From contig CAZVQU010000001.1 of NCBI GenBank assembly GCA_964629655.1, forward strand, positions 84,788 to 148,787: 64,000 nucleotides of DNA. Reading direction: 5' to 3'. This stretch comes from an uncultured Planctomycetia bacterium (lineage in GTDB: Bacteria > Omnitrophota > Gorgyraeia > Duberdicusellales > 4484-171). This document shows, in pieces, positions 37,921 to 48,273 of this stretch. The notes under the pieces are model-generated. The model did no database searches and was not told where the DNA came from. It saw only the letters and a program-made list of their open reading frames with translations. The number at the start of each line of letters is the position of its first letter. Position 1 is the first letter of the stretch. The position numbers and the translations under genes were made by a program.

Positions 37921-38386
37921 ATCTTTTTTCCCCTAGATTATCCATCTCTTGATTAATAATCTTATAATCAAATCCTTTTCTCACTAGATGCATCACTATT
38001 TTCCGTGAGATTTTTGCTGCCGCCAAAGACGGCTTTCTCCTCTTGTAATGTTCCAACTTCCTTTCGATAATTTCTCTAACCCTGTCATTGTAAGCAAAAT
38101 CTCTTTCCAAAACCTGCTTACGTAATGCCTCAGAGATTCCTAACTCCTTAAGGTTAAAATCGATTCTTACCGGACCCCAACCTTTTTCTAATGAATAGCT
38201 AACAAAAAAATGGGTGAATTTTCTATCATTTATATAATTATTCTCTTCTAAATAATCTACTATCCTCTCTCTTGTTGCTGGAGCATATCCTTTATTCTTA
38301 AGACGAGAGACTATCTCGTTCCTGCTCCTTGCTCTGTATTTTAGAAGAAGAAAAGAATAATTGAGAGCTTTATTAAAATCCTTCAA
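37907..38386 (-). CDS. recX: Regulatory protein RecX
   Basis: LL.YR.RS..E...RL..KG, YIND..F, GP.RI...L...GI, L.RKGF. Confidence 0.88.
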   Translation of the reverse strand: MKDFNKALNYSFLLLKYRARSRNEIVSRLKNKGYAPATRERIVDYLEENNYINDRKFTHFFVSYSLEKGWGPVRIDFNLKELGISEALRKQVLERDFAYNDRVREIIERKLEHYKRRKPSLAAAKISRKIVMHLVRKGFDYKIINQEMDNLGEKRFEDK

Positions 38387-39802
38387 TTATTTATCTTTAA
38401 GAACAGAGTATCCGCGGATTGTCTTTACCAGGCAATCCCCTTTTACTTTGGAGACGACATCCTCGAAACCCTCTTTATTCTTTACTATCTTATTCTCTAT
38501 TTTAGTAATAACATCGCCTACTCGGAGTTCGCTCGCATCAGCTATTGAACCATCTTCAATGTCAATGATTACCACCCCTTCGTTAGCCTTTACCTTAAAC
38601 CGCTGTTTATAAAAAGGTGTTATATCATCAACTGTTAAACCCCTAAAGCTTACCTTATCTATACCCTCGCCCAACTCTTGGATCTCTTCGCCTTCTTTAG
38701 GCATCTTGCCTATTTTTACCCTAATGGTCATCTCCTTACCGCCACGAAGAATTTCAAGAGGAATACGCTTTCCAACATCAGAAGTTGAAACCATTCGCAC
38801 CAAATCCCTTGTTGTTTTTACCGATTCTTTATTGAAAGTTAAAATCAAATCTCCTTCCTTAAGTCCACCTTCTTCAGCTGGAGAATCACTGTATACTTTT
38901 AGAATTATTACGCCTACTCTCTCTTTAACACCAAAGTAGTTACGTAAATCGTCATTTAAATTATCAATTACTACGCCTAGCCATCCATAAAGAATCTTTT
39001 CGCCTGTAGACAGCTTATCTAGAATTTTCTTTGCTTTATTAACCGGTATCGCAAACCCTAACCCTTGATAACCGCCGGAAGTAGTAATGATTGCTGCGTT
39101 GATGCCAATAACCTCACCTTTAAGATTTACTAAAGGCCCTCCGCTATTACCGGGATTAATGGCGGCATCGGTCTGGATAAGGTCATCATAGCCCCTATCC
39201 CTTCTGCCTAAAGCCGGTAAATAGCGATTAAGAGCACTTACCACCCCTACGGTAACAGTGGGCTCAGGATTATCAATTGCAAAACCAAAAGGATTTCCTA
39301 TTGCTACTACCCACTTGCCAATTTGAAGGTTATCTGAATTCCCTAATTTTGCTGCTGGAAGCCCTTTGGCATCTATTTTTATTACTGCTAAATCACTCCT
39401 CTTGTCTGTTCCTTTAACCTCAGCATCAAACTCTCTTCCGTCAGATAGCTTAACCTTTACCTCAACTGCTCCAGATACAACATGTTCGTTAGTAAGAATA
39501 TAACCTTCTTTATCAACTATAACTCCACTGCCTAATCCCTTCCTTTCGTATTCACGTTCGGGAAATCCTCCGAAAAACTCTCCAAAGAATTGTTCAAAAG
39601 GGTCATCAAAATTCCCAAAAGGTGAGCCGAATCTAAGCCCGCCGCCAACTTTTTCTTTAACTACACTACTTATAGAAACTACTGTCTTACCTACGCTAGA
39701 GGCAACGCCAATAGTTGCCTTTTCCAGATCTGATAAGCTCTGGGAGTAAACCCCTAGAGGCATCAGAACACAAACGATTGCTATAATTATACACTTTCTC
39801 AT
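38387..39802 (-). CDS. degP: Periplasmic serine protease DegP/HtrA (two PDZ domains)
   Basis: Signal peptide, LGSGVI, TNEHV, DLAVIKI, QTDAAINPGNSGGPL, two PDZ domains. Confidence 0.93.
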   Translation of the reverse strand: MRKCIIIAIVCVLMPLGVYSQSLSDLEKATIGVASSVGKTVVSISSVVKEKVGGGLRFGSPFGNFDDPFEQFFGEFFGGFPEREYERKGLGSGVIVDKEGYILTNEHVVSGAVEVKVKLSDGREFDAEVKGTDKRSDLAVIKIDAKGLPAAKLGNSDNLQIGKWVVAIGNPFGFAIDNPEPTVTVGVVSALNRYLPALGRRDRGYDDLIQTDAAINPGNSGGPLVNLKGEVIGINAAIITTSGGYQGLGFAIPVNKAKKILDKLSTGEKILYGWLGVVIDNLNDDLRNYFGVKERVGVIILKVYSDSPAEEGGLKEGDLILTFNKESVKTTRDLVRMVSTSDVGKRIPLEILRGGKEMTIRVKIGKMPKEGEEIQELGEGIDKVSFRGLTVDDITPFYKQRFKVKANEGVVIIDIEDGSIADASELRVGDVITKIENKIVKNKEGFEDVVSKVKGDCLVKTIRGYSVLKDK

Positions 39803-39815
39803 TATTCCCTCCTTA

Positions 39816-40832
39816 TCAATTATTTTCTGCTGGCGAACCTGAACTCTTTAACTCCTGCTCTAGCTCTTCCTTCAAGCTTTCGTTATCCTTTAGTAAAATT
39901 CTTAGCTGCTCCTTGCCTTGAGCTAAATTTTTATCCTTGTAAGAGAACCAACTCCCGGCTTTCTTTATTATTCCTTCATCAAGAGCAGCATCTATTATTG
40001 CTCCGGCCTTAGACACTCCCTCATTATACATTATCTCAAATATTGCCTCTTTAAAAGGAGGCGCAACTTTATTCTTTACAATTTTAGCCCGTACTCTTAT
40101 TCCGGTTACACCAGCCTGAGTAGTAACAGTGGCGATTTTTCTTAAATCAATTCTCACTGAGGAGTAGAACTTTAAAGCTCTTCCTCCAGGGGTAACCTCA
40201 GGAGAACCAAACATTACCCCGATCTTCATTCTTATTTGGTTAATAAATACTATACAGGTTTTAGACTTACTTATTGCAGCAGTTAATTTTCTTAAAGCCT
40301 GGCTCATTAATCGAGCTTGCAGGGCAATCTGAGAATCGCCCATCTGTCCCTCTATCTCTGCTCTTGGCACAAGAGCAGCAACTGAGTCAATCACGACTAA
40401 ATCTACGGCATTAGACCTGACTAGAGCCTCTACAATCTCTAAAGCTTGCTCTCCGGTATCAGGCTGAGAGATCAACAAATCTTCTAGTTTTATTCCAATT
40501 AACTTAGCATAAGATGGGTCAAAAGCATGCTCGGCATCAATAAAAGCTGCCACCCCACCGCTTTTCTGCCCCTGGGCAATAATACTTAAAGTTAGGGTAG
40601 TTTTCCCTGAAGACTCTGGTCCATAAACCTCAATCACTCTTCCTCGCGGAAGACCACTGACACCCAAGGCTTTATCTAAAGAAATTATCCCGGTGGGTAT
40701 TACCTCTATATCCAAATTTACCCCGTCTCCCATGCGCATTATCGCACCCTTACCAAACTGTTTCTCTATTTGTGAAAGGGCAAGATCTAAAGCTTTCCTC
40801 TTATTATCTAAGGTATTCTTCTCTTTACTCAT
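39816..40832 (-). CDS. recA: Recombinase RecA
   Basis: [44 protein letters not shown]. Confidence 0.99.
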   Translation of the reverse strand: MSKEKNTLDNKRKALDLALSQIEKQFGKGAIMRMGDGVNLDIEVIPTGIISLDKALGVSGLPRGRVIEVYGPESSGKTTLTLSIIAQGQKSGGVAAFIDAEHAFDPSYAKLIGIKLEDLLISQPDTGEQALEIVEALVRSNAVDLVVIDSVAALVPRAEIEGQMGDSQIALQARLMSQALRKLTAAISKSKTCIVFINQIRMKIGVMFGSPEVTPGGRALKFYSSVRIDLRKIATVTTQAGVTGIRVRAKIVKNKVAPPFKEAIFEIMYNEGVSKAGAIIDAALDEGIIKKAGSWFSYKDKNLAQGKEQLRILLKDNESLKEELEQELKSSGSPAENN

Positions 40833-40864
40833 AACTCCTCCTTATTTTAGGGATTAATAGTTAA

Positions 40865-40892
40865 ATTATACTCTCCAGCAATTTGGCGTCAA
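40865..40892 (-). promoter_or_regulatory. Sigma70-type promoter of recA
   Basis: TTGACG-16 nt-TATAAT, then AAGGAGG SD. Confidence 0.65.
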
Positions 40893-40903
40893 ATGATTAA
40901 AAA

Positions 40904-41506
40904 TTAGAAATGAGATTCTTTATTCTTAAGAAGATTCTTTATATTTTTCTTATGTCTTATCAAAATAAATACAAAAAGTAATAGCGAGAAAACCTTAAAC
41001 TCTAAGGGCAGAGAGAAAATAAGAGAAAAAACAAAAAAGGAAAAAGCGCTGGCTAACGAGGCTAGAGATACTATCTTAAAAACAAAGAATACTACTACCC
41101 AGACAAAGATAGCGATCAGAAAAAGTATTATCAAGGAATAAAATTGAAGACTTAAACCAGCTATACCGCCTAAACTGGTTGAAACACCTTTGCCGCCTTT
41201 AAATTGCAAAAAAGGAGTCCAGTTGTGCCCACAGACAACAGCGATAATCGCCAAAATGAAGAGAAAAGTCGGTGGATTGTTAACGAAAAAAGGCACAATC
41301 AAAGGGACTATGAATCCTTTTAAAAAATCCAGAACAAATACAGCAATGCCCCACTTCTTTCCCAATACCCGAGTTACATTAGTAGCACCAATATTGCCAG
41401 AACCAAGGCCTCTTATATCAGCCTTCTTTGCTAAATAAACGGCTAAGAAACCAAAAGGTATCCCGCCAATAAGATAACTAAGAATTAGAAGATTTATTAC
41501 TCCCAT
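40904..41506 (-). CDS. plsY: Glycerol-3-phosphate acyltransferase PlsY
   Basis: YLIG.IPFG, GSGNIGATNV.R, D.LKG, GH..TPFL.FKGGKGV, RHKKNI. Confidence 0.95.
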   Translation of the reverse strand: MGVINLLILSYLIGGIPFGFLAVYLAKKADIRGLGSGNIGATNVTRVLGKKWGIAVFVLDFLKGFIVPLIVPFFVNNPPTFLFILAIIAVVCGHNWTPFLQFKGGKGVSTSLGGIAGLSLQFYSLIILFLIAIFVWVVVFFVFKIVSLASLASAFSFFVFSLIFSLPLEFKVFSLLLFVFILIRHKKNIKNLLKNKESHF

Positions 41507-42044
41507 TTAAGACTCTCACTCCTTTTAAAAAATAATCAGCTCCTGAAATTAAAGTAAACATTACTGCCCCCTTCCAAATCCAGGGGAAAAATCGGCTATT
41601 TATAAGTAGAGCCAGTATTGTGAACATTTGAGAAAAAGTAGTAAGCTTACCCCAGAAAGATGGCTCCATAAGAGCTTCTTTCTTCAAGGCATTGATGATT
41701 ATTACCCCTAAAAGGATAATAAGATCTCTGCTTACAGCCACTAAAATCAGCCCCAAAGGCATCTCAAACCTAAGAGGTAAGGTAGCCCTGAAAACATAGA
41801 GTGAGATAAAGGCTGCGAATAAAAGTAATTTGTCAGCTACCGGGTCAAGAACCTGTCCGAATTCTGATTTCTCCTTTCTTATTCTTGCTGCTAATCCGTC
41901 AAAGAAGTCGCTCACTATCGCAAGAAGAAATACTGCTGTTGCAAAATGTCTTAGGTAATGGTGTGACCGTGAGTAAATAAGCAGAGAAACAAATACAGGG
42001 ATAAGAATAATTCTTATAGTGGTCAATTTATCGGCTAGACTCAT
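41478..42044 (-). CDS. pgsA: CDP-alcohol phosphatidyltransferase (PgsA family)
   Basis: LT..RI, DFFDGLAAR...SEFG..LDPVADKLL, RD, GKLTT. Confidence 0.85.
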   Translation of the reverse strand: MSLADKLTTIRIILIPVFVSLLIYSRSHHYLRHFATAVFLLAIVSDFFDGLAARIRKEKSEFGQVLDPVADKLLLFAAFISLYVFRATLPLRFEMPLGLILVAVSRDLIILLGVIIINALKKEALMEPSFWGKLTTFSQMFTILALLINSRFFPWIWKGAVMFTLISGADYFLKGVRVLNGSNKSSNS

Positions 42045-42622
42045 TACTCAAGCATGGTTATTCTCTTCGGCGGCCACCAGGTTAGAACTGCTTTTCCAAT
42101 TACATCTTTCGCATCAGCAAATCCCCATTCGCGGCCATCCTTAGAAGAAATGCTATTATCACCAAGGAGAAAGTACTTACTCTCAGGAACAGTTATCTTC
42201 TTACCCCTAGCTCCATACTCTCCCTGATTATAATAATAGTTTCTTGCAGTCTTCGGGTCAACTACTATTTTGCCGTTTATATGGATATTGCCGTCTTTTA
42301 GCTCAATTTTATCTCCTGGCAAGCCAATTAGCCGCTTTATGTAAGCCTTACTCCTCTCAGTAGCAATTGGTGGAACAAATACAACAATATCAAACCTTTT
42401 AGGTTTACGGAATCCCGGAATACGCAGGGGGGTAAAGGGAATTTTAGGACCATAAGTAAGCTTACTTACAAAGATCTTATCCCCAGGAACCAAGACTGGA
42501 ACCATTGAGGTGGTAGGAATCTTATATATTTGAAAGAAAAAAGTTCTTAAAAATATCGCCAATGCTGCAGCAATAATTATAGCGTCAACCCACTCTCTCA
42601 GTGCACTCTTTTTTTTGCTCAT
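42044..42622 (-). CDS. lepB: Signal peptidase I
   Basis: IPTTSMVP, GD...V.K, YIKRLIGLPGD, GDN...S.DGR.WG. Confidence 0.95.
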   Translation of the reverse strand: MSKKKSALREWVDAIIIAAALAIFLRTFFFQIYKIPTTSMVPVLVPGDKIFVSKLTYGPKIPFTPLRIPGFRKPKRFDIVVFVPPIATERSKAYIKRLIGLPGDKIELKDGNIHINGKIVVDPKTARNYYYNQGEYGARGKKITVPESKYFLLGDNSISSKDGREWGFADAKDVIGKAVLTWWPPKRITMLE

Positions 42623-42630
42623 CTTTTATA

Positions 42631-42671
42631 AAGAAATTACCCCTTGCCTGCCGGTGAGGCAGGAATTTCTT
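42631..42671. repeat. REP-like palindromic hairpin between lepA and lepB
   Basis: AAGAAATT..CTTGCCT-GCCGGTG-AGGCAGG-AATTTCTT nested inverted repeat. Confidence 0.6.
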
Positions 42672-42742
42672 AGAAGGTTATATAGATTTATATTATAACA
42701 GCTTTTCGGTATAATTGCATATTTAATCTGTGTAATCCCTAT

Positions 42743-44539
42743 TTACATCTTAAGCACTTCCAGAAAGGCATTCTGAGGAATGATTATATTCCCCAGCTGT
42801 TTCATCTTTTTCTTACCCTTCTTCTGCTTCTCCCAGAGTTTTCGTTTACGAGTAATATCTCCTCCATAGCACTTTGCAGTAACATTCTTCTTTAAAGCTG
42901 CAACTTTCTCAGAAGCAATTATCTTCGAACCAATTGCAGCTTGGATCCTTACCTCATACATCTGCCGGGGAATTAGCTTCTTTAATCTCTCAACCACCGT
43001 TCTTGCTTTAGCCTCTACCTTATCTTTATGCACTAAAATTGAAAAAGCTTCAGCCTTCTTCTGATTAAAAAGAATATCAATTTTGGTAATTTCTGTCTTC
43101 TTGTACCCAATGAATTCGTAATCAAAAGAAGCATAACCTTTAGTTACAGATTTTATATTATCATAAAAATCAATAACAATTTCTCCTAGGGGAAGGTCAA
43201 AAACTATAGCTAACCTATCCTTACCTAGATAATCCATCTTAGCAAACTCACCTCGTCTCGATTTTGCTAAGTCACAGATAGGATCCATTCCCTCTGCTGG
43301 CGTTACAATGGTAGCTCTAACAAAGGGCTCGGACACCTCTTCGATACAAGAGACTTCAGGAAATTGGTGAGGAACTTCTATATACTCAACCTGTTTTCCC
43401 CCTGTTCTCTTTAACTGATACTTAACATTAGGCGAAGTAAGAACAAGATCAAGGTTATGTTCCCTTTCTAGCCTCTCTTGAACTATCTCCATATGCAGGA
43501 GCCCTAGAAAACCGCATCTAAATCCATAGCCTAAATTACCTAAGTTATCAGGCTCATAGACAAAAGAAGGATCAGATAACTTTAGCTTCTCAATGGCCCC
43601 TCTTAAGGCAGGATAATCCTTAGGAGAAGAAGGAAATATCCCACAGAAAACCATCGGTGACATCTTCTTATACCCTTCAAAAGCTTCATCGGTAGGAGAG
43701 AGTGCCGAAGTAACTGTGTCTCCAACGTCTATATCTTGAGGATCTTTTATGTTGCAGCAAATATAACCTACCTCGCCACAACAAAGTTTCTCTCTCTTCT
43801 GTGCTTCTGGTAAAAATACACCTACCTCTTCTACTCGATACCTCTTGTTCTGGTGCATAAGAAGAATATTATCGCCCACAACAACTTGCCCATCAAATAT
43901 TCTCAAAAATAATATAACCCCTCTATAAGCATCATAAGTAGAGTCAAAAAGAACTGCTTTGAGTGTTTTCGTGATATCACCTCTAGGCGCAGGTATTTTT
44001 TCAATCACTCTCTTAAGCAATTCTTCAACGCCTTTACCATCTTTGGCTGAAACAAGAGAAATCTCTTCCCGCTTAAAACCAAAAACATCAAGAAGCTGGC
44101 CAGCGCTTCTTTCGATATCGGCACCAGGAAGGTCTATCTTATTAAGAACAGGAATAATTCTTAAATCATTATCTAAGGCTAAGTGAAAATTAGCCACTGT
44201 TTGGGCTTCAATTCCTTGAGAAGCATCAACCAGGATGATTGCTCCCTCAGCACCTTTTAAAGACTTGGCCACTTCATATGAAAAATCAACATGACCGGGA
44301 GTATCAATGAGATTCAAAATGTAATCTTCTCCTTGATAAGAAATATTTAGCCTAACTGCCTTTGCCTTTATAGTAATACCTCGCTCCTGCTCTAGCTCCA
44401 TACTATCCATAATCTGTTCTCGCTTCTTTCTGGTAGTTACAGCCCCGGCCATCTCCAAAAACCTATCAGCAAGAGTAGATTTACCATGGTCAATATGAGC
44501 AATTATGCAAAAATTTCTTATTTTTTCTTTTGTATCCAT
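42743..44539 (-). CDS. lepA: Elongation factor 4 (LepA)
   Basis: IRNFCIIAHIDHGKSTLADR, DTPGHVDF, GFLGLLHMEI, KCYGGDITRKRKL. Confidence 0.98.
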   Translation of the reverse strand: MDTKEKIRNFCIIAHIDHGKSTLADRFLEMAGAVTTRKKREQIMDSMELEQERGITIKAKAVRLNISYQGEDYILNLIDTPGHVDFSYEVAKSLKGAEGAIILVDASQGIEAQTVANFHLALDNDLRIIPVLNKIDLPGADIERSAGQLLDVFGFKREEISLVSAKDGKGVEELLKRVIEKIPAPRGDITKTLKAVLFDSTYDAYRGVILFLRIFDGQVVVGDNILLMHQNKRYRVEEVGVFLPEAQKREKLCCGEVGYICCNIKDPQDIDVGDTVTSALSPTDEAFEGYKKMSPMVFCGIFPSSPKDYPALRGAIEKLKLSDPSFVYEPDNLGNLGYGFRCGFLGLLHMEIVQERLEREHNLDLVLTSPNVKYQLKRTGGKQVEYIEVPHQFPEVSCIEEVSEPFVRATIVTPAEGMDPICDLAKSRRGEFAKMDYLGKDRLAIVFDLPLGEIVIDFYDNIKSVTKGYASFDYEFIGYKKTEITKIDILFNQKKAEAFSILVHKDKVEAKARTVVERLKKLIPRQMYEVRIQAAIGSKIIASEKVAALKKNVTAKCYGGDITRKRKLWEKQKKGKKKMKQLGNIIIPQNAFLEVLKM

Positions 44540-44653
44540 TTTACTTATGGTTTTTATCTGATATTACTGGCTATACCAAAAAGATAAGATGTAGCGGGCG
44601 AAGTCATCTCTTCAGGGAAAGACGAAAAATCTAACCCTTACCCTAACCAAATG

Positions 44654-45304
44654 CTACTTATCTTCTGAATCCATACGTTTAATGATCTCCTCGGCTGTCT
44701 GGAGTATGGTAAGATTAGTTGTGTCTATGCATATAGCATCTTTGCTTAACCTTAAAGGGCTGATTTTTCTAGTCTTATCAGCGTTATCCCGCCTCTTTAA
44801 GTCCTGATCTAATTCCTTAAGATTAACATCCATGCCCTTTTCGCTTAACTCCTTAAATCTCCTTTGAGACCTTGTTGCTGGAGAAGCATCAAGGTAAAAC
44901 TTATACTTAGCATCAGGGAAGACCACTGTAGTTATATCTCTACCCTCGACAACAAAGTCTCCCCGCTCAACCATATTTCTCTGCAGCTTTACCATTACTG
45001 CCCTGACTTCTGGCTGTGCTACTACTGAAGAAATACTCTTATCTATAAGGGGGGTTCTTATCTGATTGCTAACATCTAAACCATCAAGGTAAACTTTACC
45101 GTCTTTAAATTCCAGGCTTAATTCCTCAGCAAGCTTCTTTAAGGTGTTATTATCGGATAAATCTACCTTTCTTTCAATGGCCCTTAGGGTTAAAGCTCGA
45201 TACATTGCTCCGGTATCTAAATAAAAAATGCCTAGCCTTTTAGCTAGGAGTTTAGCAACTGTTGTCTTTCCTGATCCAGCAGGACCATCTATGCCGATAA
45301 TCAT
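44654..45304 (-). CDS. cmk: Cytidylate kinase
   Basis: IDGPAGSGKTT, DTGAMYRA, EGRDI.TVVFPDA. Confidence 0.96.
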   Translation of the reverse strand: MIIGIDGPAGSGKTTVAKLLAKRLGIFYLDTGAMYRALTLRAIERKVDLSDNNTLKKLAEELSLEFKDGKVYLDGLDVSNQIRTPLIDKSISSVVAQPEVRAVMVKLQRNMVERGDFVVEGRDITTVVFPDAKYKFYLDASPATRSQRRFKELSEKGMDVNLKELDQDLKRRDNADKTRKISPLRLSKDAICIDTTNLTILQTAEEIIKRMDSEDK

Positions 45305-46137
45305 GATATACGTTTCTGCTTAGTGTTTATCGTCTTAATTAAATCTACAATTTTATCTTTATTGTTCTTTTTTATCAAGTTCTCGAATTTCTTTAAAGTT
45401 TTCATGAACTTGTTTAAATCAGCCAATACATTCTTCTTATTGGATAGAAGAATTTCAGCCCACACTGCCGCTGGGGAAAGAGATATCCTGGTTAAATCCT
45501 TAAAGCTTTGCAGGGTGAACTTTGAATGATCTTTAGAAAACCCTTTAGTAAGAGAGAAAGAAATAAGATGAGGTAAGTGAGACAAGTAAGATAAAAATTT
45601 ATCGTGGCGTTCGGGGCTAACAAAGATTACTTTTGAACCCAGCTTCTCCCAGATTTTTTTAACTATTTTAGTAGCTTTACTTTGAGGTGAAGATGTAATT
45701 AAGCAAACTCTCCCGTGATAGAGGTCCTTTTTACTGAATTCTGCTCCACTTTTCTCACTCCCACATAAAGGATGACAACCGACAAAGCTTACTTTCCTAG
45801 GCAAGCACTTAGCAATGCTCTTCTCAATTACTCCTTTGCTGCTACCTAAATCAAATACAATAGCTCCCTTTTTCAGAAAAGGAGCAATTTTTTTAAAGTA
45901 ATCAATGATTACCTCTACTGGTAAGGCCAAAACAACTAAATCAGCATTCTCAACAACATTTTTTAAATCTCGCTCTACTCTGTTAAGAACCCTTATTTTT
46001 TTTAGCTTATTGTAAGATTTCTGGCTTCTGGCGAAACCACAGACAGATACCCCCGGAAACTTACTCCTCAAAGCTAAACTCAAAGACCCACCCATAAGCC
46101 CTACGCCTAATATTCCTATTTTCTTTATTTTGCTCAT
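45301..46137 (-). CDS. tyrA: Prephenate/arogenate dehydrogenase
   Basis: GVGLMGGS, DLGS.K, HPLCGSEKSG, HD...SHLPH, FKDLTRI. Confidence 0.92.
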   Translation of the reverse strand: MSKIKKIGILGVGLMGGSLSLALRSKFPGVSVCGFARSQKSYNKLKKIRVLNRVERDLKNVVENADLVVLALPVEVIIDYFKKIAPFLKKGAIVFDLGSSKGVIEKSIAKCLPRKVSFVGCHPLCGSEKSGAEFSKKDLYHGRVCLITSSPQSKATKIVKKIWEKLGSKVIFVSPERHDKFLSYLSHLPHLISFSLTKGFSKDHSKFTLQSFKDLTRISLSPAAVWAEILLSNKKNVLADLNKFMKTLKKFENLIKKNNKDKIVDLIKTINTKQKRIS

Positions 46138-47150
46138 ATCTGCCTACCTACAGCCTTAGCAATATCTTTTAATTCGTTTACTAAACCTGCGAAGTTATCC
46201 GGCAGGAGCTGCTGCGAACCATCGCTTAGCGCTTCTTGGGGATTAGGATGAACTTCTACTAGGAGACCATCTGCTCCGCAGGCAACTGCCGCCTTACTCA
46301 AAGGCGCAACCAAACCCCACTTTCCGCAAGCATGAGAGGGGTCAACAATAACCGGAAGATGTGACAACATTTTTATCGAAGGTACCGCACTTAAATCTAA
46401 AGTATTACGGGTAAATTCTTCAAAAGTCCGTATGCCCCGTTCACACAAAATCACATTGAAATTACCTTCGGATAAAATATACTCTGCACTCATTAATAAT
46501 TCTTTTATGGTAGCGCTCAAGCCTCTTTTTAAAATGATTGGCTTCTTGGTCTGGCCGACTTCTTTAAGAAGATTAAAATTCTGCATATTGCGAGCACCAA
46601 TCTGTAAAACATCAGCATACTTTGCTACTAAAGCTACATCTCGAGTATCCATAACCTCAGTAGCTGTAGGCATATCAACCTCCTCTGATACACCCTTAAG
46701 CATTTTTAAAGCTTCTTCGCCTAAACCTTGGAAGGTATAAGGAGAACTACGCGGTTTAAAAGCACCTCCTCTTAAAATGCCTGCTCCGGCTTCTTTTACC
46801 TTCTTAGCTATTTTCTTTATCTGCTCTTCGCTTTCGATAGAACAAGGACCGGCAATAATTGCTACCTTCGAGGAGCCGATCTCTACCCCTTCTCTTATCT
46901 TTACGACGCTACTCTCTTCTTTAAATTCCCGGGACACTAACTTATAAGGGGCTAATACTGGCATCACCTTATCTACCCCGGGAAAAACATCCAGAGGATG
47001 CAATCTCACAATATCTTCAGGCCCAATGACACCTATGATAGTTCGCTCCTCACCCCGGGAAACCATTGCCTTTAACCCTAACTTTTTAACTCTCTTGATA
47101 AGGCTATTTATTTCATTTTTTGTTGCATCCTTCTTAAAAACAATAATCAT
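46134..47150 (-). CDS. aroF: DAHP synthase (type I-beta, N-terminal regulatory domain)
   Basis: AGPCSIE, RGGAFKPRSSPY.FQG, QIGARNMQNF, CERGIRTFE, DPSH. Confidence 0.95.
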   Translation of the reverse strand: MIIVFKKDATKNEINSLIKRVKKLGLKAMVSRGEERTIIGVIGPEDIVRLHPLDVFPGVDKVMPVLAPYKLVSREFKEESSVVKIREGVEIGSSKVAIIAGPCSIESEEQIKKIAKKVKEAGAGILRGGAFKPRSSPYTFQGLGEEALKMLKGVSEEVDMPTATEVMDTRDVALVAKYADVLQIGARNMQNFNLLKEVGQTKKPIILKRGLSATIKELLMSAEYILSEGNFNVILCERGIRTFEEFTRNTLDLSAVPSIKMLSHLPVIVDPSHACGKWGLVAPLSKAAVACGADGLLVEVHPNPQEALSDGSQQLLPDNFAGLVNELKDIAKAVGRQI

Positions 47151-47161
47151 ATTTTATCTCC

Positions 47162-48244
47162 CTAACTCTTCTTTAAGTAACTCTTCAGGCAATTTATAAA
47201 CTTCTTATTCTCTTTAGGTAAACCTACGGTCACCCGAAAGAAATTCTTCAAGCCCCAGCCTTTTAATCCTCTTACGATAATCCCTCGCTTTAAGAAGTAA
47301 TCGCAGAGCATTGAGACATCACGCTTAAAATCAATGAGAACAAAGTTAGTTGCGCTTTCAGTGAATGATAGCTTGCACTTTTTTAACTCTTTGTAAAAAT
47401 ACTTCTTTTCTTTTTCAACATGAGTAGTTACTTTTCTTAAAAACTCCTTATTCTTTAAAGCTGCCAATGCTGCCACTTGAGCAAACCTATTTATATTGAA
47501 TGGCTCTCGAATCTTATTCAGGATTCCTGCTAATTCTCTAGTCGTAACTCCGTAGCCGATACGTAGTCCGGCTAAGCCATAGGCCTTGGAAAAAGTACGG
47601 GTTACTATGATATTACCGCGTTTTTTAAGCAACTTCAGCGTCTGGGGGAAATTTTTTGGCGCAAATTCAAAATAGGCCTCGTCAAAAAAAACTAATACCC
47701 GCTTAGGAATCTTGGCTAAGAAATCCCTAACTTCTTTTTCATTTAAGTATGTCCCGGTAGGATTGTCGGGATTAGCAATAAAGATAATTTTTGTTTTTTT
47801 GGTAACTTTCTTAGCTATTTCACTAAGAGAATAACGCAGATTTTTCAAAGGGACCTTTACTACTTTCGCTCCAGCAATTCTAGCCTGAATCTCATAAATC
47901 AAAAAGGTAGGATAAGCAACTACTACCTCATCACCCTTAGATATCAACGCCTTCAAGGCCAAAACTATCAGCTCATCTGAACCATTGCCAAAAATAATTT
48001 GATCTCCCCTAACGCTTAGTTTCTTAGATAAAGCTATTCTTAGGTAGAAGCTGCTACTCTCTGGATAACGGCTAATGTTTTTCACTTCCTCACCAATTGC
48101 TTTGCGTATATAGGAAGGAGGGAATGGAATTTCATTAGAGGCAAGCTTATAAACCTCCTCTAGCTTTAAACTTCGCTTCACCTCTTCAATCGGTTTACCC
48201 GGCTTGTAAACATTTATTTTTTTTAATTCTTTTCTGTATGTCAT
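47162..48244 (-). CDS. hisC: Histidinol-phosphate aminotransferase
   Basis: YKPGKPI, KLASNE, GNGSDE, NP.NPTG, DEAY, RTFSKAYGLAGLRIGY; start ATG 48244. Confidence 0.95.
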   Translation of the reverse strand: MTYRKELKKINVYKPGKPIEEVKRSLKLEEVYKLASNEIPFPPSYIRKAIGEEVKNISRYPESSSFYLRIALSKKLSVRGDQIIFGNGSDELIVLALKALISKGDEVVVAYPTFLIYEIQARIAGAKVVKVPLKNLRYSLSEIAKKVTKKTKIIFIANPDNPTGTYLNEKEVRDFLAKIPKRVLVFFDEAYFEFAPKNFPQTLKLLKKRGNIIVTRTFSKAYGLAGLRIGYGVTTRELAGILNKIREPFNINRFAQVAALAALKNKEFLRKVTTHVEKEKKYFYKELKKCKLSFTESATNFVLIDFKRDVSMLCDYFLKRGIIVRGLKGWGLKNFFRVTVGLPKENKKFINCLKSYLKKS

Positions 48245-48273
48245 ATAAAACCCCTGTATAAATAAATTATTAG

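Noticed and set aside
40833-40903. LexA box at the recA promoter
   Set aside because: No CTGT-N8-ACAG or GAAC-N4-GTTC match; an unknown lineage motif cannot be excluded
44588-44630. c-di-GMP-I riboswitch-like words (GGGCGAA...GACGAAAA)
   Set aside because: On the + strand, antisense to flanking genes, with no second stem; likely chance
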